Shown in pieces: positions 27,285-40,625 of a stretch of 64,000 nt of DNA. The position numbers and the translations under genes are program-made. The notes under the pieces are model-generated. The model worked only from the letters and a program-made list of their open reading frames with translations, did no database searches and was not told where the DNA came from. Source of the DNA: Octopus sinensis (Eukaryota); contig NC_042999.1 of the NCBI RefSeq assembly GCF_006345805.1, positions 83,762,001-83,826,000 on the forward strand, in the 5' to 3' direction. Each line of letters begins with the position of its first letter. Position 1 is the stretch's first letter.

Positions 27285-27655
27285 CGTGTCGGGGGGTAAG
27301 AATCTCAACTCTCAGTCACATGGTTCAATCAAAGCCTTGTAGACGGAACCTGAGGGACGCTGGTTATGTGTGTGTGTATATTCTTTTACTCTTTTACTCG
27401 TTTCAGCCATGCGACTGCGGACATGTCTGTCTGTCTGTTTGTGTATCTGTATTTGTCCTCCACCTCATTGCTTGGTAGCTGATGTTGATGTATTTATGTC
27501 CCAGACTACGTATCAAGATTTTTTTTTAAAAATCAAAAAAAAAAAAAAAAAACAGAAGGACTAAGTACTCGTGTCAATTTTCCGACTAAAGTTCTTCAAG
27601 ACTGTTCCTCAGCATGGCTGCGGTCTAATCACTGAAACAAGTAAAAGATAAAAGC
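27285..27655 (+). mobile_element. Degenerate SINE family C with an internal inverted tail fragment
   Basis: Plus-strand tail at 27600-27655; minus-strand tail piece at 27381-27425. Confidence 0.65.
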
Positions 27656-28522
27656 TATATATATATGTGTATTTTGCTGTGTGTGTGTTGTTGTGTGTGT
27701 GTGTCTGTGTTGTGTTGTGTGTGTGTTGTGTTGTGTGTGTGTTGTGTTGTGTGTGTGTTGTGTTGTGTGTGTGTTGTGTTGTGTGTGTGTGTGTGTCAGT
27801 GTGCCTGCAATCATGCGCGCATAAATATGTATGAATACGTGTACATGAATAAAACATATATTTTTGTTTATGTCTATACTGATATAAACGTATGAAACGG
27901 GTGATAGTGACACTCTTAAATGTATGGCAGCATTCTAAAGGGACGATAACGTAGATAAACTTAAATATTTGATGTTAAGAGGCCTATAAAATAAGCAACA
28001 GTGATAAGTCCTGAGATCGATATAAATGAAGAAATTCCGTATTGGTTGACCCGAGGACGACTGTAGAAAAAGAGAAAAAGGGAAAGTAAAATAGAAATAG
28101 TGATGGATGTAGAGTTGAATGTTATTATAGTATTATAGCCAATGTTTCCATAGTTATCATGACCTCTGTCAACAACTTGTATATCACCTGACCTCTCTCA
28201 ACAACTTATATATGAAGCAGGTATTGTGAAAGATACGTCTCAAAAACTCTTATAACCTCAGGATAAATGTCCGTAGTTGAAGAAAAGAAAACTACATAGA
28301 AACAACAACAAAGTAATCTATAGCTGAAATAACTAAAAATTACTTCCTGCATCAACTATCCTCCCCAGACACACTACAAAGGAAGCTGCTTCATATAATT
28401 GCATATTTATATATTGTAGAATATAGTCAATATCTAAGACTAATTACAACAATCCGGTATGACGTGGAAAAGTAAACATACGGTGAAAGTCAATAACAAG
28501 AATAATAATAATAATAATGATG

Positions 28523-28577
<55 letters not shown>

Positions 28578-29517
28578 TAAGAAGAAGAAGAAGAATATTA
28601 ACAAAGGAAGATGAAAATAATAGCAAAAAAGCTGTTAAAGAAGTCGACAATACATCGAACAAACGATGTTTATCATTCATCTTAAAGCGTTCAATAATTA
28701 CACACTCATACACTCTTGTACACGCGTGCGCTCACATACACACGTTCGTACACGTTCCTATCTATGTATGTTTATATAAAACACAAAATCACTTACGGAC
28801 ATAGAAACACACACACGCACGCATATATCATATATATATATATATATGCTCTCACAAAGAGCGAGCAAAAGAGAGAGAGAGCTAGATAGAGGGGGAGAGA
28901 GAGAGAAAGAGATTCCTATTTATTGTCTGCCGAAAAAGAGAAAAGATGACAGAAACGAAGAGAAAAAGTAAGTCTGAGTAAACAGATATAGCTTAGGAGT
29001 GTTTGATTATGCGGACTCTAGGAGAGGTCGTTTAGAATCGATGAAGGTCAATAGGTGCAACACCATTTGACATAATCAAAAATTCCCGGGTGTCTCGGTG
29101 GGGGTAACTGGTTAAACATGTACGTGTGTTAGAATGGAATTACAATGGTTGCAAAGATAAGAACCTCTCATCATATAATTCTTTTTCTTATTTGTTTCCG
29201 GAAATGTATTAAACGATACGTTTTTGTTTTTTCATTTTTTTTTGTCTTTGTTTAATTTACATTTTCCGAGTGTATAAAGTAGTCTTCATCTTTAATGGCG
29301 TCCGGTGAAATGTTTCTACTTCGTTGGTTCTAGGATAGACGTATACACATACGTAAATAGATAAATGTATGCATACGTAGGTATGCGATGGTGTTTGTAT
29401 ACACACAAAGGTATGTAATCAAATGTTATATATATATATATACACACCATACATTTATATATGTACACACATACACACACATATAGATTGATAGATAGAT
29501 ATATGTATATGTATATG

Positions 29518-29607
<90 letters not shown>

Positions 29608-29695
29608 TTATTTATATTTGTAATTTGTACGTATATGTATACACATATATATACATATATATTTTTATGTATGTATATGTGTGTGTATATATATG

Positions 29696-29738
<43 letters not shown>

Positions 29739-29740
29739 GT

Positions 29741-29804
<64 letters not shown>

Positions 29805-30599
29805 GATGGATGGATGGATGGATGGATGGATGGATGGATACTGAAAATACAATGTTAAAGTTTGATCTTTATTATTACCGATTTTTGATATTTACTTACC
29901 ACTTCTTTGTGTTAGCTTTAGAACAAAATCGTTCCCATTAGACAGACGTCTCAAGGCCTTCACAAACATTTTTCGGAAATTATACGATTGTAATGGCGCC
30001 TAGTCTGCGCCTACTGTGCTAAGTTGTAAAGGATCTTGAGATTAATCTAATAATTGATAAAATCAACAACAATGGATTTGAAATTATATAATAGTACGTT
30101 TTGTTAAATATTATATCATTATAGATTTTGGAGTGTGATGTGTTCGTGTGTTTAGTGGAGGTTTGTATTTTGCTTTTAGTATAGATTCCTTAGTTATTCT
30201 TATTCCTTGTGTACTAAACAGCAGTACTTTCAACCGGTGTCTATTGTATCTAGTTTTATTTTATGTACTGCATTATGAGTTGCAGTGGCTCCTTGTTGTA
30301 ATTACACAGCCAATCGTCGACATGTATCGTGCATGTGCATTCGATGTACAAGTTTGAGTTATGATGTTTACAAGTTATTTGTTTACTTGAAAATTTTATA
30401 TAATATCGGCTGCCTGAAGTTATTTCTGTGGCATGTTAGCTTGTGGTTTCGTCTGAAGGATATTTTTATTCCGGTGCCATTGACACTGTATCAGTTTATC
30501 GAACAGACTATACCAAGCTGTTACACATCGCCTGTCTCAATGCACTTCCCCACATCTTTGTAGCTTTCTAAAGATGTTAATCCGCAGACTAGGTAGGCA

Positions 30600-30790
30600 G
30601 GCAAGTAGGTCAACACATTTTCCCTGAATGGTATTCCTGGGTTAGGTTACCCATTTGCAGCTGAATGAACTGAAGTCACGTGAAATGAAGTGTTTTATTT
30701 AAGAATACAATACACCGCCCGTCTGGAAATCGAAACCGCCATCTTACGACCGTGAGTGCAACATCCTAACCGCTAGGCATCATGCCTCCG
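30600..30790 (-). mobile_element. tRNA-headed SINE (family D/E-like), degenerate
   Basis: Minus strand ggaggcatgatgcctagcggttagg...gtttcgatttcc...aaaacacttcatttcacg resembles the heads at 46857 and 56052. Confidence 0.65.
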
Positions 30791-31489
30791 TGGTTTCATT
30801 GTAATATTCCAAATTCGTGGTTAAGTGTGCTACAGGTTGTGTTCTTTGTATGTGGTTGTAGATGTTATGTTCTGCCATTCTATAACTTGAGTTCATTTGG
30901 TTATTATAGCAAAGGATGCGTGAGATTTGAATAATTCTAGTGAATGTTGCGCCTATTCAGCGTAGATGAATCAGCTATTGCATTGATGTATGGCATATTC
31001 TACTAATATATTAGGGTACCAATTATTAACTGGTGTCTGTTTTATACTTAGGATTTTATAATTTCAGGGTTTATTGTGGATGAAGGCACACGCTCTCGTT
31101 TAAGAAAGGAATAATAGCTCATATTTTGTATCAATGAAGACATTCACTATCACCATGAACAATAAGAAAATGTCTGCGTCTTTTGTGTAAGCTGAGATGA
31201 TATACACGCCTGTAATTGCTACGTTTTTATCTAATAAGGGTGTAGCTAATGGTAAAGTGTTATAATATGAATTTAAGCCGGTCTTTGCTGAGTCATAAAT
31301 ATCAAGACAGAGATTGTATTTTCAAGATACATTCTAAGTCTAGCAACCTGTCCGTCAGTATTGGTCACCCTGAATAAATCATAAACATATTTACTTATCA
31401 ATCTTTTACTTTCGGTTTTGAGCAAATACGTTCCTTAATGCATTAGACCGATGTTTAAAATCCTTCATAAAAAGAAAATTTTACATGAG

Positions 31490-31585
31490 TGGGATTTGAA
31501 CTCAGAATGCGAAGATGGGCAGAAAGAAATAATGCATAGCATAACTTACAAAGTTCTAACGATTCTGTCGACTCGCCACCTAACA
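31490..31585 (-). mobile_element. SINE family B head fragment
   Basis: ggatttgaactcagaatg...ctaacgattctgtcgactcgccacc. Confidence 0.6.
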
Positions 31586-32067
31586 GGAGAAAAAAGAGGA
31601 AGGAAAGCAAAGAGAAACGACAATATTATTGGGCAAGGAAAAAGAAGCAATGCTGGTAAAAGGTAAGGATTTGGAAAAGAAAATAAAGTTCACCAAATAG
31701 AAGGAATAAGAAAAAGAGAATGATAAACAAATCCACTTGAAATCAGATAAGTAATTGGAATGATTTTGTCTTAAATATCACTGAATTCTGCTGCTTCCCC
31801 CTCTTATGTAACGAACTCCCTTCCTTCCTCTGTTCCAGATCATGTGTTTATCTTTTTCCTCTTCTAAATTATCTTTACTCTTAAACTTCTCTTTTTTTTT
31901 ATTTATTTAGTTACTATTCTGTAACCTTATACAGTTTGCTTCTCTTAATTCTGCAGCTCCTGACTTTATTTTTCTGTGTTGTTAGTTACTTTTTGATATA
32001 TATTAAATCGATACAATCTTCTTGTTACTTGTAGTATTTTTTTAATTTCTTTGAATCTGACTCCCTC

Positions 32068-32120
<53 letters not shown>

Positions 32121-32649
32121 GTAAGTGTATGTATGCAGATATGTGAGTATGGATGTTTGTGTGTGTATCTGTGTGCATGTGTGTGTACTAAATTAAAGAT
32201 GAAAGTTTTTTTTCTGTTGATGTTTATATTTTTGTAGTTTATCATTGAAATCAATTTGGGGAAAACAAAACCAAACCAAAGATAATGTGGTTCTTTGCTG
32301 TTTGTATTTCTTTCAGCTGATTGGAAGAACCATCTGGCCTTTGCTGCGGCACATTACGCTCTGAGTTCAAATACTGCAGACTAAAACCATATCTATCATT
32401 CATTCAGAATCGATAAAGTACCAATAAACAACTCGACAATATCCTAACTGATGGATTTTTGGCTATTTCCTCAAGAAATACATTGTTATTGTTAAACGAG
32501 TGCAAAGCCTAAGCTGCGTTTAACGCCCTTGAACTGATTCTGCATTATTTTCACACCCGAATCTTGAAAATGGCCCTTTACATTTCTCCTCAGTCATTGG
32601 CATCCTACAAAAATGCTGTTTGCTTTTTTTTTTACTCTACCTTAATATG

Positions 32650-32772
32650 AATACATACATACATACATACATACATACATACATACATACATACATACAT
32701 ACAAACATACATACATACATACATACAAACATACATACATACATACATACAAACATACATACATACATACAT
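32650..32772. repeat. (TACA)n microsatellite
   Basis: Direct inspection. Confidence 0.95.
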
Positions 32773-32813
32773 GCATGCATGTATGCATGCATGAAGATCA
32801 GCGAAAAAGATCA

Positions 32814-32905
32814 GTGATGATAGTAACATCGACTATCAAAGCAGTTTATCATGGTCCAATAGCCGGATTACTACTTCCCACTTTCAAAGGTATGCCTTTG
32901 TAATC
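32814..32905 (+). mobile_element. Short RLE retrotransposon fragment (paralog of 33166-33257)
   Basis: 92 bp with 9 mismatches to 33166-33257; encodes DDSNIDYQSSLSWSNSRITTSHFQRYAFVI. Confidence 0.8.
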
Positions 32906-33165
32906 GGATGGAGGATGCTCGAGATCCTAGAAGACACACAGACAAACAGACAGAACAGATTTTATATAATATATTATTGGGGCACTGTGATATGTAACAC
33001 ACTGCCTAAATACCAATATGCATATATACGTACATATATACATGCATACATATATACATACATACATACATACATACATACATACATACATACATACATA
33101 CATACATACCTACATACATACATACATACATACATACATACATAAATACATACATACAAAGCTCT

Positions 33166-34202
33166 GTGATGATAGTAACATCAACTATCAAGGCAGTTTA
33201 TCATGGGCCAATAGCCGGATTACTACTTCCTACTTTGAGAATTATGCCTCTGTAATCCAGGAACAGGAAATATCAGCCAAGTACCTGATACACAAAAGAG
33301 ATAGAAATGTGGGAAAAGCCGTAAAATGTGACAACCGATGCAGACTTTGTGGAGCTCACAGTGAAAATATCACTCACATCATAAGCAGTTGTCCGAAAAT
33401 GTTATCACGGTATTATCTACCAATGAGACATGACGTTGTAGGTAGGAACTCTATAATGAAATTCGTCAGAAGGATAATCCAGAGGAAAAAGAAATAAGAA
33501 CCCACAATATGGTAGAAGACATAGCCACAGATAATAAAAAGGAATACTTGTGGAATGTACCAGTGAAGGCCTCAATAAAATGTAAGCACAACAGAGGTGA
33601 TATAATGATTTGGGATAGAGAAGAGGAACTATGCACAGTAGCGGAAATTAGCTGCCCAGCGGATGTTAACATAAAGCTGAAGATCAGTGAAAAAGAGAAC
33701 ACCTATGCTGAACTATTGAAAAATCTGAAGTTACTCTATCCAGATTGCAAGTTCATGTTTATACCTGTAATTATAGGGATTCTGGTATATATGTCACACT
33801 CGACCTAAATGCCAAAACTAGAAAGGAAAAAGCTAATTCGAAGACAACAGATCTAATCCAATACTGGAAGTGTTAAAATCTGTAAAACTTTTCAGAAGTT
33901 TATCGTATAAATATTTATATGAGCATGTCTAGTTATGCAACTATATGCACGAGAATACATACACGTCTGCACATACATGCTAACATATATACATACATAC
34001 ATACATGCATATATGCATACACACATACATACACACACACATACATACATACATACATACATACATACATACATACATACATACAAACAAACAAAAATAG
34101 CCTATTGTTGATGTTGAAATTCCACTGAAGGAGCCTTGGATTCAGGTTAGAAACCGGCTCTTTCTATATTGACAAGAAATCTTGAAATAAAACTGAATAA
34201 TG
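33166..34202 (+). mobile_element. 5'-truncated R4-like RLE retrotransposon with CCHC knuckle, PD-(D/E)xK-type endonuclease and 3'UTR
   Basis: IQEQEISAKYL, CRLCGAHSENITHIISSC, RHD, then HNRGDIMIWDREEELCTVAEISCPADVNIKLKISEKENTY...PVIIG. Stop near 33910; the UTR to ~34202 is followed by ACAT repeats. Confidence 0.9.
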
Positions 34203-34236
34203 GCATACATACATATATACATACATACGTATATGC

Positions 34237-34555
34237 TTGTGGAAAACAGTAATTCGGTGCAAACATAACATACCTGATATTGTTCTGTGGGACAGGGAAC
34301 AGAAGTCATGCACAGTTGTAGAGGTCAACTACACAGCGGATATGAATGCATCGTCAAAGGTTCAGGAAGAAGAGTACAGAGTACATTGATGGCGATTTGA
34401 AGGGGAACTTGCACTGCTTGTATCCTGACTATAAATTATCAGTTGTACCTATCGTCATAGAAGCATTAGGCTATGTACCTACAAATTTACATAAAAGCCT
34501 AGGCGTCACAGGTATTTCGAAGAAACAGCATAAGAAAGTGAAGCGGATTAGCTTA
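34237..34555 (+). mobile_element. Second, diverged RLE endonuclease fragment
   Basis: WKTVIRCKHNIPDIVLWDREQKSCTVVEV, then frameshifted LYPDYKLSVVPIVIEALGYVP. Confidence 0.85.
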
Positions 34556-35165
34556 ATAATCGCTATCATTGTCTTCTGACTTATCATCTTCATCGTAGGA
34601 TGTTTTTAAATACGGTTGTGCGTTTACAAGTGCATAGTAGTGTCTATGACTCATCAAATGAGGGGTTACTGAAAAGTTGTTGACTTTCGGTAAAAGAAAA
34701 TACTGAAGGTTCAGTTAACTATGATTCTATTCAACATATTCTCCACTCAGATTCACACACATAGTGCAGTTGTCCTTCAACCAAGTCAGTTGCGATGCCC
34801 TTAAAGCCAGGAACTCTCAGTTCCCCCTCGTGCAAGCGTATGCATATAAACGTACGCGTCCATGCTCGCAGACACGCACACGCACGCACACACATACACA
34901 GACACACACACGCATACACAGACAGACACACACATACACACATACATATCATGATCGTCTCATCTCTTCATCGTCCTCTTCATCACCACTACCATCACAC
35001 ATATACCTCCACCACCTTCAACACTACCATAATCGCACCCCTCCACCAATAACAACGAACAAACAAATCTTCGGTTTATTGCTACTGAGATGAACCAAAG
35101 TATTTTATGGTGATTAAATTTGGGAGATGTTTACTATGTATGTTTGTGTGACTCAGTGCAATCGC

Positions 35166-35203
<38 letters not shown>

Positions 35204-35258
35204 TATATATTATACATACATATACACCTATACATTTATACCTATATCTATCTATCCA

Positions 35259-35300
<42 letters not shown>

Positions 35301-36056
35301 CATACATACACATACATATACCCTATACATTTATATCTATATCTATCTATCCACCAATATATATATGTAGTTATGTATGTATGTATGTATGTATGTATGT
35401 ATGTATGTATGTATGTATGTATGTATGTATGTATGTATGTATGTATGATTGTATGTATGAGTGTGAGTATATGTGTGTGTATGCATATATGCATTTATGC
35501 ATTTACGTACAAATTTATATATTCACGTATATCTATACTCAACCAAGTAAACGAGTCCATGATTAAGTTTAAAGAAGTTGATCTCCCTCTCTCTCTCTCC
35601 AGTTTTTGTTTGCAAAGTTTCATTTTCGCTTTCCTTTTATTCTATCATTTATTAGATCGGTTTTTGTTGCCAGTGTCACTCGCCTTCTGTGTATTTCATT
35701 GTATTGTTGTTGTTTTTGTTTGTTTGTTTTTTTTTTGTTTTTTTTTTGCTTTTTACTCAAATATTCGGCACTTTTTTGCTGGGGCAATTGCTTCCAGTTT
35801 CATCAAATCAACGTTTTGCTTTATTATTTTCTAATGTACAACATGGCAGCACGTATTAGTAGTGATGAACGATCTGAAATGAAAAGAACAGAACTGGAAA
35901 AAAAATAATATATATATATATATGCCGTAAAGAAATACAGTATAGTACGGAATACGAAACCCAAAAACAAACGAAATGTTAATGCGACGTTGCTGATAGT
36001 GATGTTAAATATAAGGATATTGATGAAATAACGTAGCCGATAACCTTGATGAAAAC

Positions 36057-36057
<1 letters not shown>

Positions 36058-36093
<36 letters not shown>

Positions 36094-36130
36094 GTGCTGA
36101 TGATGATGACGATTCTGATGATGATGATGG
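36058..36130. repeat. (GAT)n microsatellite
   Basis: Direct inspection. Confidence 0.95.
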
Positions 36131-36577
36131 AAACAGCATTAGTGTCAAAAGGCTATCTTTATACACAGCTTAACGTGGATGTCTTTTTAGTACACCGAAT
36201 ACAGTGTTATAAGTCTTGAGCGATCCACTCATATACGCTCTTGAAGATATCCATGTTAAGTTGGATATAGAGATGCTGCTGCTGCCGCTCATGATGATGA
36301 TGTGAAGGAGGAGGGGGAGGAGGGGGGAGGATGACAACGATGATAGTGTATTTTTCTCAAAATCTCCCAAAAGAATGTAAACTGGAATCGATAAATTTTA
36401 CCTTAAAGACTGAAATCATTTAGATAATATACATATTGATATACATGCGCACACACACACAAATATTTATATATAAATATATATATATATTGATAAAAAT
36501 GGTAAGACAACAAAAGAATGAAAGAGACATTGATATTATGCAAATAGAGGAATTTATCTGTAGATACGTGTAGATAC

Positions 36578-36798
36578 GTGACAATTATTCGGTAGCCATG
36601 ATAAAACTCCGAGTTTCGGATGCCGAGGTGGAAATCCACACCACCGTCTCCTCAGTTATCCGGCCATCGGAAAAATACTATGTAAAATGACCGTTATACA
36701 AAGGGAAATTACTGTGATAACTGAAGAGATGGCGGCATGGATTTCCACCTCGGCATCCGAAACTCGGAGTTTTGTCATGGCTACCGAATAATTGTCAC
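36578..36798. ncRNA. 83-bp inverted repeat whose arms each form a type I hammerhead-ribozyme-like motif (Penelope-type pLTR pair)
   Basis: Arms 36578-36660 and 36716-36798 differ at 6 positions. Plus arm: CTGAAGA 36721-36727, stem II, GAAA 36759-36762, ACT-CGG-AGT stem III, 9-bp stem I. The minus arm has CTGAGGA and the same layout. Confidence 0.6.
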
Positions 36799-36817
36799 AT
36801 ATTACATTTACGCATAT

Positions 36818-36892
<75 letters not shown>

Positions 36893-37737
36893 CTTCTCGA
36901 AACAGCCGTCAGACTTTGCAGAAGCTCAAGATTCCTTTTAAAATTATTTTATACCAACTTTTTCATCTATTTTGGATTACCGCTATACATTCACCATCCG
37001 CATATCTTAAAGTCTTCATGGATTTTAATACAGACATACAACCTCGCAAGTAGATTTATGTATTTATTTATATTTATATATTTATAAATTTTCTTATATT
37101 ATCTCTTTTCTATATGAATGCGCCTATGTATGATGTGGAATTTTCCGACACTTTCAAATATATCGAGTGAATATGAACACTGACCGTTGAAATTTGTTCT
37201 CGCTTTCTTGGTTTATATATTCCTGAGGCTCTATGAGAGCGTTAATAAGTTGTGCTGTATAAGGGAATAATATATCATTTATTTCTTCATTATATATATG
37301 CATATATATTATATTATATATATATATATATATATGTAAATACATGTAAATACATACATGACATATATATATATATACATATACTATATATAGTATATAT
37401 ATGATATATATATATATATATGTAACCAGTTGGTAACATATTTATTGTATCATACCATGATAATGTGTGGACAAAGGCCGCTGGTATTTATAGAGTGTTA
37501 AACTTTTTCGGTATGCAAATTAGCGACTCCTTCATAGAGTAACTGCTGCATTTATTGAGTATATACAGTTTGGCTGCTTGTTTCTCTTGGGAGTGTCAGA
37601 ATGATTTAGACGCTCTTGATGAGAATTCAATAAGGTTCCAAAATTCGATTAAGGTTGTTCATAATTTTTTCAGTCTGCTGAGAAATGGCTAAAATATTTG
37701 CCCTGTTTATAATTATTCCATTTGTTACATATATATT

Positions 37738-37958
37738 CTTTTAATTGTTTCACCATTTGACTGCAGCCAAGCCGGTTTTAGTCAAAGAAATTTACTCAAG
37801 GACTTATTCTTTGTAAGGCTAGTAATAGTCTATCGGTCACTTTTCGCTAGGTTATTGGAAAGTAAACACACCAATAGCGGTTTTGTTGTCGAGCGATGGA
37901 AAGGTGACAAACACAGAAGCAAAGACACACATGCACACACACACATACGCACACACAG

Positions 37959-37989
<31 letters not shown>

Positions 37990-38060
37990 TCTGTCTACCA
38001 AATCCACTGACAAGGCAATAATAGAAGACACCAAAGGTTTAACGCAGGGGGACTGAAGAG
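37738..38060 (-). mobile_element. Degenerate SINE family C
   Basis: ggacttattctttgtaagg, ctaccaaatccactgacaagg and agaagacac blocks. Confidence 0.75.
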
Positions 38061-38129
38061 GGGACAAGAACAAGGGTAAACTGGTAATTTCACCAGAAAA
38101 ACACGCTAGTTGGATTTTGTAGGACTCAG

Positions 38130-38400
38130 ATGACCCCAGCTGGATTCCATTGGACTTGGCAGGACAAGAGAGAAGGAACTCGTGGTGGTGTTACATTGTA
38201 CACCCGGAAAGATGTCACGCCTGTAGTTTTGCTGTTGCACTCAAACTCAGCGTGTTACACTCTGGTAGCACACGTCAAACGAATCAAAATGGCAACATGT
38301 ATTACATGCTTCCCACCAGATCCTCCAAGTCATGAGCGCTCATTCGAGGATTTGGATTCCGTTGTAAGTCGTTGTGAATCAGAGATGTTTTCCTTTGACA
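38130..38400 (+). pseudogene. LINE apurinic-type endonuclease (APE) fragment
   Basis: PAGFHWTWQDKREGTRGGVTLYTRKD...HSNSACYTLVAHVK...TCFPPD resembles the CR1 APE R.DR...GGVA.Y...SNS.C..L...Y.PP region. Confidence 0.65.
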
Positions 38401-38926
38401 ATTCCATTTAGAACTCAGGCTATGAGATTTGCATGCTAACACTTGCTCCCGTCATAATCAGCTTCCCTGAATTCACATCTCCACACATTTTTAGGTTCTA
38501 TCCTTTTCAATCATCGTTCAGTGTATATGAGAAAATGGAAGATTATAATTATTAGCGACCGAAGCAGTAGTAGTGTCAATTAGCAATCTTTATACCCAAC
38601 TTCACGGGAATGTCTTGTTAGAAAACTGTATACAACGTTGTAAGCCCTGAGACATCCTCTCATATTCGCACTTAAACATAGCCATATGAAGTTGAATTTA
38701 AAGATTTCAATTTGGCATTAAAACTACTCCCGTCGCTAATAATTAATTTTTAATAAGCCTGCTCACTATTTGCGACATCAATGTCTGAAAAGATGATTTC
38801 CAGTATTCCAACGTCCACAACTGACGTTTCTCGTCTGCTACGATCTATGTGTGTGCTTTTATGCACCAAGTGCCTATAAGAGTGAATCTCTCAAGGCAAA
38901 TAACGCAGCAGTCGGTGTTCTGTATA

Positions 38927-38963
<37 letters not shown>

Positions 38964-38982
38964 ATATATATATATATATATA

Positions 38983-39039
<57 letters not shown>

Positions 39040-39225
39040 TGTATAAATCTATGCAGATAATTATATGTGAGTATGTAATATATATATTATATATTTCTAT
39101 ATGTATATGCATTTATATATATATATATACATGTACATGTATATACATACAAAATAAAAATATAAATAAATAAATATTGTATATATATATTATATGCATA
39201 AATAAATTCATACACATGGTGGTGC

Positions 39226-39272
39226 TCCAGCATGGCCGCAGTCACATGACTGAAGCAAATAAAAGAAAAAGA
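39226..39272 (+). mobile_element. Solo SINE-C/CR1-type 3' tail
   Basis: ggtggtgctccagcatggccgcagtcacatgactgaagcaaataaaag. Confidence 0.7.
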
Positions 39273-39841
39273 TTGTATATATATGAGTAATATATTGTGT
39301 GTGTGTGTACAAATATAGTTATGTGTATATATATAATATATATACATACATATATACATATATATATGTCTATATATATATATATATATATGTATATATT
39401 ATATATATATGTAATATATATATATATATATAATATATATAGATATGTGTGTTTACATGTATAAAATATATATTATTATATGTATGTATATATAATATAT
39501 ATACATGTATATATATATTTATTTGTATACATATACATATTCGTATGAGTGTGAGTGTATGGGTGTGTATATGTGTTAGTGTATCCACGCGCGGGTATGT
39601 ATGTGTAGATGTTTACACACATATATGTCTATACTCACATCCACACTCATACACTCAGTCAGCGATATACGCATATTCGCATAAACACACACATAGAGAA
39701 CCGCTCTTCAGAAAACAGAATACTCGTTAAAATGATGTACTGAGGGGCGTTAGTAAGAGCATATCAATTTGGTGAAGAGAGCACTAATTTGAGAAAATAA
39801 TTCGTAACTTTACTTCTTTCTTGTTTGCATTCTTTTATTTC

Positions 39842-39882
<41 letters not shown>

Positions 39883-40368
39883 TGGTATAGCAACATCAAA
39901 TAATGGAACTATAAGAATATAAAAAAAAATACTTCGAGAACCACGTCTACTGTGGGAAGAAAACTATTACAAAATTGACAACGAAAAGAACAAGAACACT
40001 CGGAAAAGTTGTAATGAAAGAGCAACGGTAGAAGTAGGATTGATCAGAAACATAAGAAAAATATATTTCAAAAGAAAAATAACCATACAAGAAGTTCCAA
40101 ATAGTGACGTCATGTCATTACACGTGTATAGGAAAGCTTGTCATCTTTTCTTCGTGTAACCCGAACACATAACACAATATTTCATACACCTATACATCCA
40201 CACAACCACAAACATACATGCATAAATTGTGCTCGTTGTATATTATATGTTTATGTATGTGTGTCTATATACATACATATATAATACATACATACATGCA
40301 TACATACATACATATGTATATACATATACATACATACATATGCATGTACATATACATACATACATACA

Positions 40369-40408
<40 letters not shown>

Positions 40409-40583
40409 CATTTTATATATAGAGAGACAGACAAATAAATAAATAGATAGATAGATAGATCACATATACTTGTGTTAAGATACACATACAGATAGATAGA
40501 CGGAGAGATATAAACATACATATATATTATATAAACATGTACATGCACATAGACACACACACATACGCAGAAACAAACACACA

Positions 40584-40625
<42 letters not shown>

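Noticed and set aside
28045-28080. EIPYWLTRGRL, similar to the R4 RT motif P.WLT.GRT
   Set aside because: Only 11 codons with no supporting adjacent motifs.
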